Source of the DNA: Antedon mediterranea
Taxonomy: Eukaryota; Animalia; Echinodermata
NCBI RefSeq assembly: GCF_964355755.1
Contig: NC_092679.1
Coordinates: 16,103,432 to 16,167,431, forward strand
DNA length: 64,000 nt
Direction: 5' to 3'
Shown: positions 1-14,700 of the stretch, one piece after another
How positions within the stretch are numbered: the first letter of the stretch is position 1
How the letters are laid out: every line of letters starts with the position of its first letter
The notes under the pieces: generated by a model
Databases searched by the model: none
Told to the model about the DNA's origin: nothing
The model's input: the letters and a program-made list of their open reading frames with translations, nothing else
Position numbers and translations under genes: made by a program

Positions 1-458
1 GGCTTTAACCTATTACACTGGAGCCCTCGGTTCAAAGTCTTTCAAGAACATGTTTTTTTAGTTGAGAGATTATTTAGAGGGTTATATTTAGGAAGTAGCT
101 ATCTTGCAATTCTTTATAATAGAAAATAATTAAGGTAATGAATTATTTATGATTTCTCCCTTAATTGCATAAGAAAAAAAACAATGCTACCTGGATAGGT
201 CTATCTTAGAGGAAATGTTCTACTTTAGTTTTTTAAAAGAAAAATAACTATTCATGTAAATAGTTATAGAAAAGTCTCCTAAAACCAGTTTCAAATGTAT
301 TCTTATTCTGAAATGATTCTCTTGACATCTTCCAAGTTACTGTTTCCACCCTCTTGAAATGGTAAAAAGGTGCACATTAATTTACTGTATATCGCATTTT
401 CTAACATTGTGTTTACATTTATTTAGTATCTTATTTCTACGCTTTATTAATGTTATAC

Positions 459-3400
459 CTGCTTGAGGTAGTGCCACAGGTTGTTGAGCTAACTCTGTGG
501 GTAAATTAACATGCGGCACATTCTGTACTGCTAATGTTGCCATTTCAGCTGGTCCACTCTGAAAAAAAACCCCACAATTACTTAATTAGTTTATTAGTAA
601 TTAATTAGTAGTTAGTAGTTTATTTAATATCACACCATGAATTATAGGACTGATAAATGCACAGTTCAGTGGTAGTACTGTACAATTTTACAACTTCCTG
701 GTAAAGCTTACTACAGTATATATATTTATTATAATGTTTAGTAAAATCGTTTTGAGTTAGACAATTTATAATCTGTTATGTCTGATAGGGTTTACTTAAC
801 AATAGGTACAGTATGTGACAATATACTATACAGTACTATACTATAGTACCTACAGTACTGTACTATGCTCTTACATACAGATAGCCAGATCAATTCATAT
901 ACAGTAGTATGAGCTAGAAAAACCAGTAAAATACAACAGTTAGCATCGAGTCAATTGACTATTGAAAGCAGATAACCAACCTCACATATATAGCTGGTAT
1001 TAACAACAGAGAATAGTAATTTTAAATTATGAAACCCTTTAAATAGATATACAATATATTTCTTACCAATATTGATGCCTGATGGCCACGAGTCATATCA
1101 ACATGTGACTTTCCCGCTGTTCCCAAATCTATCAAAACAAAATGTTTAAAATCCAATCTAAAACCCTCCTTCTTTACAGTAGAGTATGTGCTACATCTTT
1201 TACAAACATGGATGGGATTCCATCTTCCCTCCCCCTCACAATGTTCTCGGTCCAATTGTAAAAATTATTGAGAACACCACAATTAACATTAAATATTCTA
1301 TGGTTGCGATAACATCACCCACTAAGTTTCATAAAGGAACCTTTTTAAAGGGACAACTTCGGGACCCAACAAAGTGTCTTGTGAATATGTGTTGGCCATA
1401 ATGTTAAAACGATTATATATCATGGCGGTAGCCTACTGTATTTGATACCTCCATAACATACTGTACTGTATATTCATTCTCATTCTTTTCTCAAGAAAGT
1501 GTCCCCTTACTGTAATAGAGGTGTTTCAAATGAGGAATTCTACTGTGACTTACTCGGCTTCAAATAGTTTCTATTGGAACCATGGCTATGAGCAGCAGTG
1601 GCTGCCATATATTGGGGTTCATGGCTCTCAAGAGCTCTAGACTGCTCCAGCTTAGTTTTCCAAATCTATAATAAAACACAGTTTAAACAAATACAAATTA
1701 AAGGTGAGTTAAACTATATAATGAAAGGTGAGTTAAACTATATATTGAAAGGCAGCTAAAAACCCAAAAATATATAATCATGAATTATCAAAAATTATTT
1801 ACATTTATTAGAAAAAATCATAGGTGAATTTAAGAAACTGCAGTAAATGCTAGAGTTGTGTTAATAATCACCATGGTGATGCAGCTATACTGCAGATTAA
1901 AACTACACAATACAAATATGATAAACTGTAAAGTTCTGTCTACACTATCAACCTACTTCAGTACTGTAGTTTGAAAAAACATGTGTGCATAAATATGATA
2001 GTGATATGCCCAAATATGGTAGTGATATGCCCAAATATGATAGTGATATGCCCAAATATGATAGTGATATGCCCAAATATGGTAGTGATATGCCCAAATA
2101 TGATAGTGATATGCCCAAATATGGTAGTGATATGCCCAAATATGATAGTGATATGCCCTAATACAGTATGGTAGTGATATGCCCAAATATGATAGTGATA
2201 TGCCCTAATATGGTAGTGATATCATCATGTCTATATACTGTATGGGCACATCACATTTTTGGTCACATAAAGTTTGATAGTGTAGACAGAGCTTAAGTGA
2301 CTTTAAAAAATCAGTTAAAAACTACAACATTTGTAAAACCCAAATTACTTCAACCATAGAGGAAATAGATTCAACAAATTAAACTTGTAAAAAAAGATAA
2401 TGTAAAGATCAGTAATTAAACAACAACGTAACAATCAAAATTATTGTATTAAAAAAACCTAATCCCCACCACCAAAACAAATTAAAATGAAAGAAAATGT
2501 TATTATTAAATATAAATTTCATTTTAAATTGTTACTTTCGTATTTTTTTTCTATTAATTTATAGTGACTAAATAAATAATATTATTACTGCACTATTCAA
2601 TGTTATAACAGTTTTGGAGTTGGAAATGCATTAGTATTGACAACAAAAAAAGAAATCATTTTGTTATATATTGTATATGCTAGGAGCACACTTTGTTATT
2701 GTTAAGCTTAGACCTTACCCCTACTGTTTATATATCAGTAAGTGAACAAATCCAGACCGTACAACTAAGCTTATAGGCTGTTTGTATTACATATTCATGA
2801 GCTACGTAGCTGTATACTTGTCTATGATTGGTCAATTTGATCAGCTTATTGACTTCACCACAAGGCTATAAATACATGGTATTATGCAAATTGTGCTGTG
2901 CAATCTAGAAAGACTATGGCAATGAAAGCTAGGCTCGCTGGACTGCGATCAGAGGGGCTTCATGCTATGTAGACAAGGATATATGACGAAGGCTGTTGTT
3001 TAGATGTGACATGACATAAATAAATGTATACCTTATCGTAATACTGGTGTATATATAACTTTATGTATATATCATTTATGCAATTATAAATAAGGTATAC
3101 AATAAAATGAATTTTTAATGTTAATTTAAAATGTAGCATACAGTATGCCTAAATAATAATTTTATGGGCAATTAGTGTATGTAAATGAATGAAATTATAT
3201 GTTAAAGTACTGCAAATTGTTAATTATCTAAAACAATTGGAAAATTATTAATTTAAATTATTAATTTAAATTATTAATTTAAGGAACATGTAGAATACAT
3301 AAAATACTTAATAAAAAACAATTATTATTATATGAATAAATTAAAAATATGGTCTTTATTTTAAACTGAAAAAAAAATACAAATGATTAAATTAATTAAT

Positions 3401-4226
3401 ATGTATATTATTTAAAATAGGATAATTTATTTTAATTGCAAACAAACCTGTTTTAGTTCATCTAAGATCTGTTCATCCACCCCTTCATTTTCAAATTCTT
3501 CCTTTACATTACTAATAACATTCTCAATAATATCACTGTAGAATTTGGACTGCAAATATCAAAATATTAACAATACATCATTTCATAGACTGTATATGGT
3601 CAATAATTATTTTTAATACAGTACTGCATATAATAAATAAGGATCTCCATAAATAAAAAGTGATTATTTTATTGACAATACAATACTGAATGTCATGATT
3701 TTATCATGGTATTTTTACATTTTGTAGTAACTATTTACATTATACTAATGTTAATTAACAGATAAAATTCTAATTTATGAAAGGAATATTTGTAATGTTA
3801 TTTAAAAAAATATGATTTGTGAATTCTATTTTATTATTAAAAGTAAAAAACTCAATTAAATGGATTGTCTCATTATATAAAATCAATTCAGTGGAAATGA
3901 TAGACACAACAATTTAATTAGCCTAGAAAATATTTCTTAGTTAATTCCTTTGATAAATTACGTATTTTTATTTATTTAACAGAAATCCCACAAACATAAA
4001 TCAGTGTTTAACACTCGAAAAAGAGCTGTAATTCATTGATTTATTACTTTAAACCCACCCCTCTTTTTTCAGATCAGCTCTCTCGCGCTAAGCAATATTG
4101 AAAATCTACAGCAACAATGGAGAGTCAATTGAGAGGTCATATCACAATTACGTCTTTTATACAATTTTCCAGTAATTTTTATGATTCAATTAAATCAAAA
4201 TAACTTACCACGTCTGTTCGTGCCAT
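459..4226 (-). CDS. 5' portion of an unidentified multi-exon protein-coding gene (probably continues off the left edge)
   Basis: Four GT-AG exons join in frame: 4226-4209 (MARTDV), 1665-1554 (IWKTKLEQSRALESHEPQYMAATAAHSHGSNRNYLKP), 1128-1067 (NLGTAGKSHVDMTRGHQASIL), 558-459 (SGPAEMATLAVQNVPHVNLPTELAQQPVALPQA). Phases 0/1/0 are consistent. No family recognised. Confidence 0.65.
1932..2293. mobile_element. PIF/Harbinger-like MITE (family A, CArG-bearing) with internally expanded 21-bp tandem repeat
   Basis: TIRs AGTTCTGTCTACACTATCAA ... TTGATAGTGTAGACAGAGCT, flanked by TAA on both sides. Eight more related copies in the window. Confidence 0.85.
1990..2222. repeat. 21-bp tandem array GTGATATGCCCAAATATG(G/A)TA, ~11 units
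   Basis: Directly visible. Perfect CC(A/T)6GG at 2010, 2073, 2115 and 2204; CCAAATATGA variants in between. Confidence 0.95.
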
Positions 4227-5319
4227 TTTGGCTTATTAAACGACAGTAAAAAACAAAATTTCAACAGCCTAACCAACTAACGACACGGGCTTTCCAAAAG
4301 CCGAGGATGAACTGTGCGCTATCGCTTTTATACTCACAACAAAGTCAATTCATTTCTAGAGGGGATATGTGTATTGAGCATTTCATACACCCCAAAACAA
4401 TTAGGGACTAGTCAGTAAGTATTTCTTTAAAAACAATTGTAGTAGTAATTTAAGGCATTATAAAATATTTAAAATAAAAAACAGAATTAACTAATAAATT
4501 CAATCATATTTTATAACCAACTGAAAATAAATTTTATTAATTTTGTAGACAAATTTAAGTAAATATAAACAAGTTTTATTGTCGTCTGCTAATGTATGTT
4601 TTCTAGCAGACGACGTGACTTACTCGTATTTTCTGCTGATGTGTTTGAAATAGTTTTTTTTTCACAAAGCAATTAACGAGTTTTAGTAATTTACTTCAAA
4701 GTTTAATCCAGAATGAGTAAAAATGTATGAATTTTTTTTTATTACTGATACTTATGATTCAAATATTATTCATAAATAATTTTTAAGATATCAATAATAT
4801 TATAATATATTAAATATCATTTAATTATTTTCTGTAATAAGCAGGGAATAATTTCGCAAAAATTACAATACAAAACTATGTTTCTTGACTCAAAAATCAG
4901 TTTGATTAGCAATTTTGCTAAACAAAATTACAAAATGAAATTTTTCCCTGATAAGACTTGCGAGTATCTGATCAATATATATAATAATATCAATTAATAA
5001 TCAATATATTATTAGTAATTATATAGATAATGTAATAGTAAAAATTGTAGTGATATGTGGTAATATAAATTACAAATCATAATTTAGGCACGTAATCAAT
5101 CAATCAATCAATCAATCTAAATATAGACCTATTTATAATAGGCCCAGGCCATTTTATATTCATATATTATCTATTCAATTAACCTAATGATGAAAATATA
5201 ACAGTGTAGGAACATACAATAATAGTTAAAAATTGAATTGAATTGGAAAAATACGACTCAGGGAAATCCAACGCAAAAGAGATTAGGGAATTCCCCCTTC
5301 TACAAAATGTATCTTTCCT

Positions 5320-5645
5320 TTCCATACAAGGAATATACATCCCTATATATGGTGACCCCGGCAGACATATTTGGAAACGTTACTTCCTTTTTCTGCACAC
5401 AATTTCCGCATTACATTTGTGGTAAAAAATAACAATACGCGAAAATAGCGCAAACCTTTTTACAACATTATTTAAAACAAATTATATAAAACAATACATA
5501 TTATTTGAATATTAAATATAGATTTGCATATTAGCGATCAATAAAACAAAAAAATTGTCCAAAGAAGAAAATTGCACTTGTAAATGTTGTAAGAATTATT
5601 TTGGCGCAGTCACACAAGTTAGTTATTCGGCCAGCCCATATAAAG
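5320..5645 (+). promoter_or_regulatory. SRF proximal promoter with CArG-like and ETS-like motifs
   Basis: One-mismatch CArG boxes CCATACAAGG (5322), CTATATATGG (5343), ACATATTTGG (5365) and CCATATAAAG (5636, overlapping TATAAA); GGAA/TTCC cores nearby; lies between the divergent ATGs at 4226 and 5742. Confidence 0.55.
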
Positions 5646-5741
5646 AACAGTTTACGTTTGAGAAGACTGTAAGGAAATTGTTTTGCTTGATACCCGGGAA
5701 AATAGAAAAAGAGAAGATCTAAACCAGTGAAGACATAGAAG

Positions 5742-8700
5742 ATGAATCAGTCACCATACCAGAATCTTCAGCCTGTATCAATTGCTCCCCGTATATTTGG
5801 TTCACCCAATTCTAAACGATCACCCGCAGCCGGTGATGAAGTGGATGACTCTAGCGGTAGTGATCACTCGATTCACTGTGAGCATGATGACAGCACCACA
5901 GTCGCCAGTACTGAAAGCCTTCTCCGGGAGGTTGGGGCTGGCGAAGTTCTGCTGTCATTAGCTGACGGACAGCCTCCAAAAAAGAAAACAAAAGGAAGAG
6001 TTAAGATAAAGATGGAGTTTATCGATAACAAACTTCGAAGATACACTACATTTAGTAAACGTAAAACAGGGATCATGAAGAAGGTAATCTTATTTACTTT
6101 TTACTTTAGGCCTAGCTTTTAGGCCTAGCTAGCTAGGCCCTAGGCCTAGGCCTATATTATTAGCCTAATTAATTATATAGGATTATGTTTAAAACTTCTT
6201 TTCCATCCATCAACATTGTCTATTCTATGAATTATGTGGTACTGACTGGTGGCTGGTAGGCCTAGGCCTAGTTAAGTATGTTTAGGCACATTACTAGGCC
6301 TAGGCCTAGTATAATTAAAGTTGTTATATTAAGAGCCTAATAATTAATATATAATAATAGACTTATAAATTAAAGAAAGATAAGATAAAGGACACAACTA
6401 AATAAATAAATTGCGTAAAATTATATAATTTGCATTCATTTATTTGCAGGCCTATGAATTATCAACTCTAACCGGAACGCAAGTGATGCTACTGGTGGCC
6501 AGCGAGACTGGCCATGTCTATACTTTCGCTACACGGAAACTCCAACCGATGATAACAAGTGAAGCTGGCAAAGCTTTGATTCAAACTTGCCTTAATTCAC
6601 CCGATCCTCCCGTTGAAAATAGCTCCGTGAACCAAAGGATGAGTGCTACCGGGTTTGAAGAGACAGAACTTACTTATCCTATCGGTGAGGAGGAAGGAGC
6701 AATAAAGGTCAGTTTTTTGTTCAATCATGATAAAAATTACATTTTGTTTGTTGCATATTATATTATGTATTTTCTTTTTTCTATATTAAAATTAAATTGA
6801 AGTCTATCAGAATTACAATGCGGGTTGGCTTGACTGTGCATTCAAATGCAACAATTGCTATATAATATAGTACAGTATTGTAATGTAATGATATACATTT
6901 ATAATTAAGAAATCAACCTTAGTATTAGAATTCAATTCAGTTCACAAACTTGGCCCAGAAAGTCCAGTGGAGAAATTATCCAGATGTTTTAACTCCATTT
7001 AGTTCATAATTAAACCCCAAAAGTAAACAGTTTATTTGACCTCCCTAACCGTTCCCATCGTAAAACAATTAGATATTGACAGTTTTAAGCAAAGATTCGA
7101 CAGGGCAAATTCATCATTGTAACCTCCCCAGATAAGAATAATCACTCCCACTTAAACACCCCTGGATCAACTTACACTGTAGGACCAATCAGTAACCTCT
7201 GAGACGACGTAATGACTTGCTAATGAAAATGAACCGAAGCCAATATACCCAACAATTGCTATATACTGTATAATATAGTATATAGTTGTATAGTTGGTAT
7301 ATATCCATTCCCCGTTGTAATACAGTCTGTATCAGAGTTATATCCGAAATAGAGAGTTACTTATCCCACAATTAGATCATCTGAGCTTAACTAAAATTTG
7401 TGATTGTTCCTCGATGTCGAATTTTCAGAAAATGTTATTTTCAGATTGCATTTTTAATAAGAATTTGGGTCTTCACTAAAACTTTAATGAACAAAAAACT
7501 AAATTTTAAGTTTTCTTAACTTCTCCTGAAAATTTGCTCTTTTTTAAATGTTTGAATTATTGTTTTTCAATACTTTATAATAATTTGTAATGTTTTTCTA
7601 GATGTTTAATTTTATGTTCAAATTCAAAAAATGCACTGTACTGTAGATGTTTTGCATTTCTTTTAATAATTAAATGTTGCGCATTTTTGTTTTATTTTAT
7701 TTTAAATCAATTGACAGACATAGTTAAATTAAACAAAATACAGAAATCAATAAAATAAAATAATTAATAATTAATTAGATTCTAATGTTGCAATGCTTAA
7801 TTAAAACATTTTTTTTACACACCAACAAAGTTACCTACCAACTTCCCCTCCTCTTACTGTACAAACCCCCCGCCCCATTTTACAACCTCCCCCCCCCCCA
7901 TTTTACAAACCCCTTCCCATCCCCACTTTGTACCCTTGCATTGCATTTGATAGCTTCTGACTTGACAGGCATTTTCAACAATAATTTGTTTAAAAAATCA
8001 GTACAGTAGGTAGTGACGAGTTGTGAGATTATTTTTAAATAGAAAAGAAACACTAATATTTGTTCCATTAATAGCTTTAAGCTCTGTTTACATTATCAAA
8101 CTTTATGTGACCAAAAAATGTGATGCTGATGTCATATCACTATCGTATTTGAACATATCACTACCATATTTGGGCAAATAAACTTTTTTTGTCAAACTAT
8201 TTTGATACAGGCTACATACTGTAGTGTAGACAGAGCTTAAATCTGTCTGCACTATCAAACTTTATGTGACAAAAAAATGTGATGTGCCCAAATATGGTAG
8301 TGATATGTTCAAATATGACATCAGCATGCCCATATGGGCACATCACATTTTTTGTCACATAACATTTTATAGTGTAGACAGAGACATTGTTGAAATTTGT
8401 TTCACATTTGAAGTACATAAATTGTGGATATTGGCCAAAAAATTTTTAATCTGAGCGTTATTAAACATTTGTTAGTTCTTACTTAAGATTTTGATAGAGT
8501 GTATTAAGTTTTTTATAAGCAAATGGAGAAAAAGATCGGAAATTGATTGATTTTACGGAAGAGAAATCAACTGACTCAACAATTTAAGCTTTTTGTTCTG
8601 AATCATTAAAAAAAAATGTCTTTTTTTTATATAACTATTTAATTTTCAAACAACAATATCGATAATTATATGTAAATCTTTAAAAATGTCATAGTTAATT

Positions 8701-11700
8701 TGTAAAAACAATGCAACAACTTTCATTTTCCGTTTCATTTGAGCTTGTTTTGTTTCATTGATAAAGTAATGCTTCCTAATTTAGCAGATATACCAAATTT
8801 AGTTTAGATATGCCCAAATATGGTGGTATTGCAACCATATTAGTTTACAGCATGTTGCCAACTACTGACGCATCCAAGGACTTTCATCTTTGCCTCAGCT
8901 TCCTTTTATGGTATTGTCCAATTATGGTATGGGTTAAAGGTCATATTGCTTGTTGCTAGTACACTGTAAAGCTCCTAGATTATGGAATGTTAATTAATTT
9001 AATGAACAATTAGGTTGTCTAAAAATAATTTCTTGTTGGATGAGAATTAAGGATTTAAAAGCTTTGCTCGTCTATTAAATCTTAATAAACAAATTAATAG
9101 AAATAATACCAAACCCACACTTTTAAAAATACCCAATAATATATAGAATAAACAAAACACGAAGAAAAAAAGTTTTTATTTTTATTTTATTATTATTATT
9201 ATTATTGTTTTATTTATATAGCGCTTTTCCAAATTAGTATAAAATGATCAAAGCGCTTTACATCAGCACACCCAACAATGAGTTACTTCTTTAGGAAATA
9301 GATGTGTTTTGAGGGCTTTTTTAAATTAAATGTTTACTCATTAGTGAAATGAGATTTCTAATATAGCAGATAAAAGGAAAAAAGTTTGGATACTTTATGT
9401 TGATCTACAGTACATTTTGTGGTTTTTGCAAATTCAGCAAATTTCTTTTTGTACAGTATTACTACCTACTGTATTGCTGTATATTGTACAGTATACAGTG
9501 TTTTTCTTCTGCTAGTAAAGTTAATTAAAAATAGACTGGAACTACAGTACTTTATGCATCTTCGTTACCGCCTACTGTACCTCACTTTCTGATTGTGTAA
9601 AGTGATGTCATATACCAGTTGCTAAAAATATACATTCGTAATGTTCTATATTAAGCGCGTTCCGTGTTTGGAAGTGCTTTCATCAACTATGGGCTGTGCA
9701 GTCGGTTGTTTGACGTCACTAATGTGACATCATTATGTCAAGGCATATTTGGAATGGCTAGGATGTTCTGTGGTAGGCTAGAGAGTCTGTCTTTCACGAC
9801 AAAAATGTTTTAAGTTGTCTGTCATCGTCCCAATCACATGTTCAGTTCCGGCCAATGGTATGAATTGGTTTTGCTGATAGGTTTTCAACATCGTCTTTAT
9901 TCAATTTTTTTTTTTTTGCGAGCTACAGTATAGAGCTTCAATGAGTCTTCAGACGCCTCAAACATTTTTGTCGAACAAATAAGTGAAATGATAAATACAA
10001 ATTTATTAATATTATAACTCATTTTGAAACATAATTTTTGATTATTTAAAGTTATTTAATATAAACAAAATTAAATTTTAAAATAGTTTGATATTTTTTA
10101 GATTCAAATTTTGTCAATTACAACTTAATTCACTATGGTTTAATGTTCTGCAATATTTTTCATTACCAACTAATACCAATAAGTAAGAATTGAAATCATG
10201 ATCATAATTATAAGCAAATATATTGAAATAGTTACAGTAGTTTAAAAATCGAAATTATTAAGTAGAATTTGCATACATATTTGTAGAGTGTCCTACTTTT
10301 TCAGTAATTAATTGAATAAGTTATTTAAAAACTGGAAATCATGTAACAAACATGCACGATAATGTTTTAAATTAAAATTACTTTTCTAAAGTGTGAACTA
10401 TTTTCAGTCCATTGTTTCCATAATTATTAAACGGTTTTGACATGCAATGACACATGGATGCTGATTGGACGCATCATATTACCAATCATCTCATATAAGT
10501 GCACAAGCCCCAAATTTGGATTTCCATATTTGGTGATGGTATGTCTAAAATAGTCTTGTTGCTTTGTGATTAATAGATGGCTTGATGCCTGGCACGTGTG
10601 CTGCAGTATCTTGGTGGATTATTGGCAAGCTCTATAAACAAACTCCAGATTTGTTTGCCTCCTGCTGACTGAAACTTTTTCAGACTACTTTCTGTGAACT
10701 TAACTGAAAAGTTCAATATAATTGTTCTTCTTTTATATTGAGGTTTAAAACAATCTGGAAAATTGTTCTATTCTTGTTGATAACACATCAGGCTATTTTA
10801 ATGCCATGTGTGAGGTTGTTTAATGTTTTAAATATTAAATACTGTAGGTAAAAATTTACTTCATTATGACTAGACTGTTTTAATATTAAACAGTTTGTCT
10901 TTTTAATTCAGTGTTTTTTCTATATTTGATAACAGTACTGTATGTCTTGTTTATATCATTTTGGTTAACCAGTGTATTTGTTCCTTTCTGATGAAGGTAC
11001 ATGAAATGAAATGTTTTTTTTGTTGCAATGTTCAATCCTTTTAAGCTGAACCGTTTTTAAAAACAAACAAAAATGAATTTATATACTGTACATTCCCCAA
11101 ATATATATAACCACAAAAAACCCCAAAGTTATTTTTGTCAATAAACAATAGGAAAGTTCTTTAAACAATTCATAAAAGTAATATCATTTACTATAGTTTT
11201 CATATTATCAAGAGTTGAATTTGAAATGTGTGTACTGTACAACTTATATTATGAATATTTTGGGACCAAAACTGATTGAAACCTAAATACAGTCGACTTT
11301 GCCAATACCGGAATCTCTAAAAACCAAAAAATCGCTTAAAACTAGACTTTCCTTGAGAACCTTAAAGACCTACACATTTTTACCACTAAAACACATTCTG
11401 AATATTGTACCAGGCTTTCCAGAAATCAAGACATATTTGGTATTAGGAGAGAATGACTTACTGTACATTAGCTAATATTAATAATACTGGTTGTTTCTAA
11501 ATTCTATCTATGTTGGTTTCTGTACTTGTGAAAGTATAGTGCATAAACTATACAAAATGAGGTTAAGGAGGAAGGAAGTTGTGAAAGGTAAATGAATGAG
11601 TGGAATTTCATTCACTTCTATCACATGTTTATTGCACATTAATGATTATTGTTTCAATGCATAGTGCTTTGTTTTAAAGGTTATCCACCCTGTAATTATT

Positions 11701-14700
11701 TTACACATAGCCAACAGCTAGAATGACTGTTTACAGTAGTTAATACCTGTCATGATAGTGCCTATGATTAAATGCGTACAGTGCATTCGGGTCTTCTGTA
11801 GCCACAGTGCAGCACCTGCTGTAGCTACTAAGATCCCACTGTCTTTTTGAATAGTGTATGAATTTCTTTACTATGTGCATGTTGTATCTATAGGATCAAC
11901 AGTTATTTTACTGTACATACATTATGAAGGATGAGGCACTAAAAGCGAAGTAGTGTTAAAATCTGAATAGAATAAATAAATAAATAGAATGACATATTAA
12001 TCTCCCAATATCACTGGGACACCGGTGTAATACCAGATGTGTGGGCCTAAATGAAAAAATAAAATTTAAACTTAACTACAATCTGAAAATAAACCTGAAT
12101 TTGTCAAGCCTGTAGCCAGGATTTTTACAGGGTGTTCATTTGTTCTTCAAAGGGGGAAAGTGCACTACAAACGCAAGTAACTGAAATATAAATGTAGGCC
12201 TAGTCTAGTTGATGAAAGTAATTTTTCTGCTGGCTAGGTGTAAAATTGGACAAAAAGGTGTGTGAATTACCGTAGGCCTATTTACTAACTTTTGCTATGA
12301 TCTCTATCTCTATGAACCGTCCACCCAGCCACCCCCTCCCCAGTTTTTGTAATTTATTAATAACTTTGTATAATACTGTAGTTCATTGTTCTTTTCAATA
12401 TTATTTTTGTAGGTTGATGCTAAACAACCAATGTTTACGGTAGCGAACATCGCAGGTGCTGGAGCTGACGCCTCGTCTTCCCTCAGTCAAGGTATATTTC
12501 AATAACACTTTTATATTTAATACTAGTGTTAGTAATTTTATTCAATGAAGTAGTTAAATTAAGTCTGAAGGAAAGTAATTTTGATAAAACTACTCATGAG
12601 CAGTTGTTCACATGTCATAATTGCTTATGAGTATTAACTTACAACATGATCATGTTTATTGTATGGTACAGCTGAATCCCTAGTACAGTTAGTTTGATAT
12701 CTTTGTACCCATTCCTTCTTCATATAAACACCACATAGCTTCACTCCATTTCCCTCACATCATTCCTCCTCCTCCTCCTACTCATTATTACCCCACCCAC
12801 CTCACCACTATACTATACTAACCCTATACAGTACTGTATATATTGAAATTGTGTTCAATTTTATTTACTGTACAGGTATTGCAGGAACTGGACATACATA
12901 CCCAATGACACACTATAAACCAGCCGGTCAAGCAAGTCAATCTGGAGCAATGCCAATCCAACTCCCACCTCAAGCATTTACTACCATTCTTCAGCCAGGT
13001 ATTTTTTTTCTTTCTTATATTTTATTTATCTTCAACCAGACACATCTAAAATGTTTGGTATTCTGAAAGCATTTTGCAACCTTTTAGACTGTAAGAAATA
13101 TCCGGTTTTGGAAAATTCTCTGTATTCAGAGTGTAGTTTTCGAAGTAGCTCTGGAAGTTTAATACTGTACATAAATTAAATAAAAATAAAGTCCAAAATG
13201 TTGGCGTAACAGGTACAGTAGGTCAGATGCCAATTGGTCAAATTAAAATGTATAATATAAATACTATCATTATTGATATTTTAACTATTTTGTTGACCAG
13301 TTTTGGAATCTCTCTAAATCTATTCTAGATATTATTGATGACATGTGGACAATCAAAACTGTAATGGTTTATTAATTTCATTTTAATATTACATAATAAT
13401 GTGATTTTGAGAAATGTACAGATCTTATCTGACAGCCACAAGTGCCTCATCGTACTCATCATAACATCAATTCATTCCTTATTTGGTAAAGATTATCAAC
13501 ATTGAAGATATAACAAAATATTATGAACAACACTTTGATATGATTTATATAATAATTAATATAATGGATATTTAATTTAGTTCAAACAATATGCCACATA
13601 TAGCCAAACATTGCAGATCTATTGTGCCCCAAAAACATGAAAAATGAAGATTAAAAAAATCAAAGTTTGAATAGGGCATTTTGCAGTTTTAATAAAGTTC
13701 TGTAGAAATTTTTTTTTATTGATTTCACTTATATAAAAAGACAAAATGTGTCAATAAAATGGCGTATTCAACAACAAAAAAATGTTTTAAAAAATTTAAT
13801 TTTCAGGGGACAATATACCTTTACCTAAGCACTATTGGATTGAATTAGCACTGTTCATTAGTACTGTTTATAGGGTTGGGAATGCGATTGACCAAGCGCA
13901 GCCATGCTGTACACTATGCCTATAGTGAACTTGTATGAAAGCATATTTATTTATTTATTTGTTCTTTCTTTAAACTGAAATACACTTTCAATACAAATGT
14001 ACTGATTTCCAAAGTGGTTCAGTAAACATATTTACAACAAAAATAAAATATAAAAGAAAAACAAAAAGAAAGAAAACAGATATAAAACTATTTACAATTG
14101 TGAAGGCAAAAAGGTTAATACATGATTTCTATAGTGAAGATTTAAAAGTTGCCAAAGACATATTATGGAGTTCTGATTTTATGTTATTTGGTAGAGAATT
14201 CCATAATTTAGACATAGACAAACAAGCGAGGGTGATATATGTGTTGGGAAAATGCATTTTCTCCATTAGTTAACAAACAACTTTTGATAAATTGATACAT
14301 GGGAGGGTGACTTGATATATGTACTGTAGTACCTCCTGTGATATTATGAGACTACAAATGAGCCAAAAAATTCACTGTTTTGTGTATCAAAATAAAAAAT
14401 AAATTTTAATTAATGTAGAGTTTGATATAATTATACATTTTTTTTATAATGATAGTTTTCTTTCTTTACCTTTTGTCTCAGCAGGTACAATCCAGTTGAC
14501 TGCTCTTCAGCAACAGGGTCAGCAGCAAGCCATTTATAGGTAGGTGTGCTTGCAAAAATGAGGAGTTCTCACTTGAACGAGAGTTTGTCATGGGTGAAGC
14601 CTGTATTATTACAGTAGTATTACTACAGTAAAACCAATGTATACAACAAAGTGTCTCCTTTAGGGGTGTTTCCAAAGTAGGGTTGGGTGTAGTGTTAAAA

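Noticed and set aside
1129-1255. Cys/His-containing 5' part of ORF 1022-1255
   Set aside because: A better acceptor at 1128 gives the in-phase exon; the upstream part is intronic.
1948-2186. Repetitive ORFs (MGISLPYL..., HIWAYHY..., VICPNM...) and CRISPR-like look
   Set aside because: Translations of a 21-bp tandem repeat with no unique spacers; eukaryotic context and no cas genes.
2718-2895. Possible minus-strand exon, or a CCAAT/TATA/octamer cluster
   Set aside because: Stop codon in the required frame; short motifs alone are too weak in AT-rich DNA.
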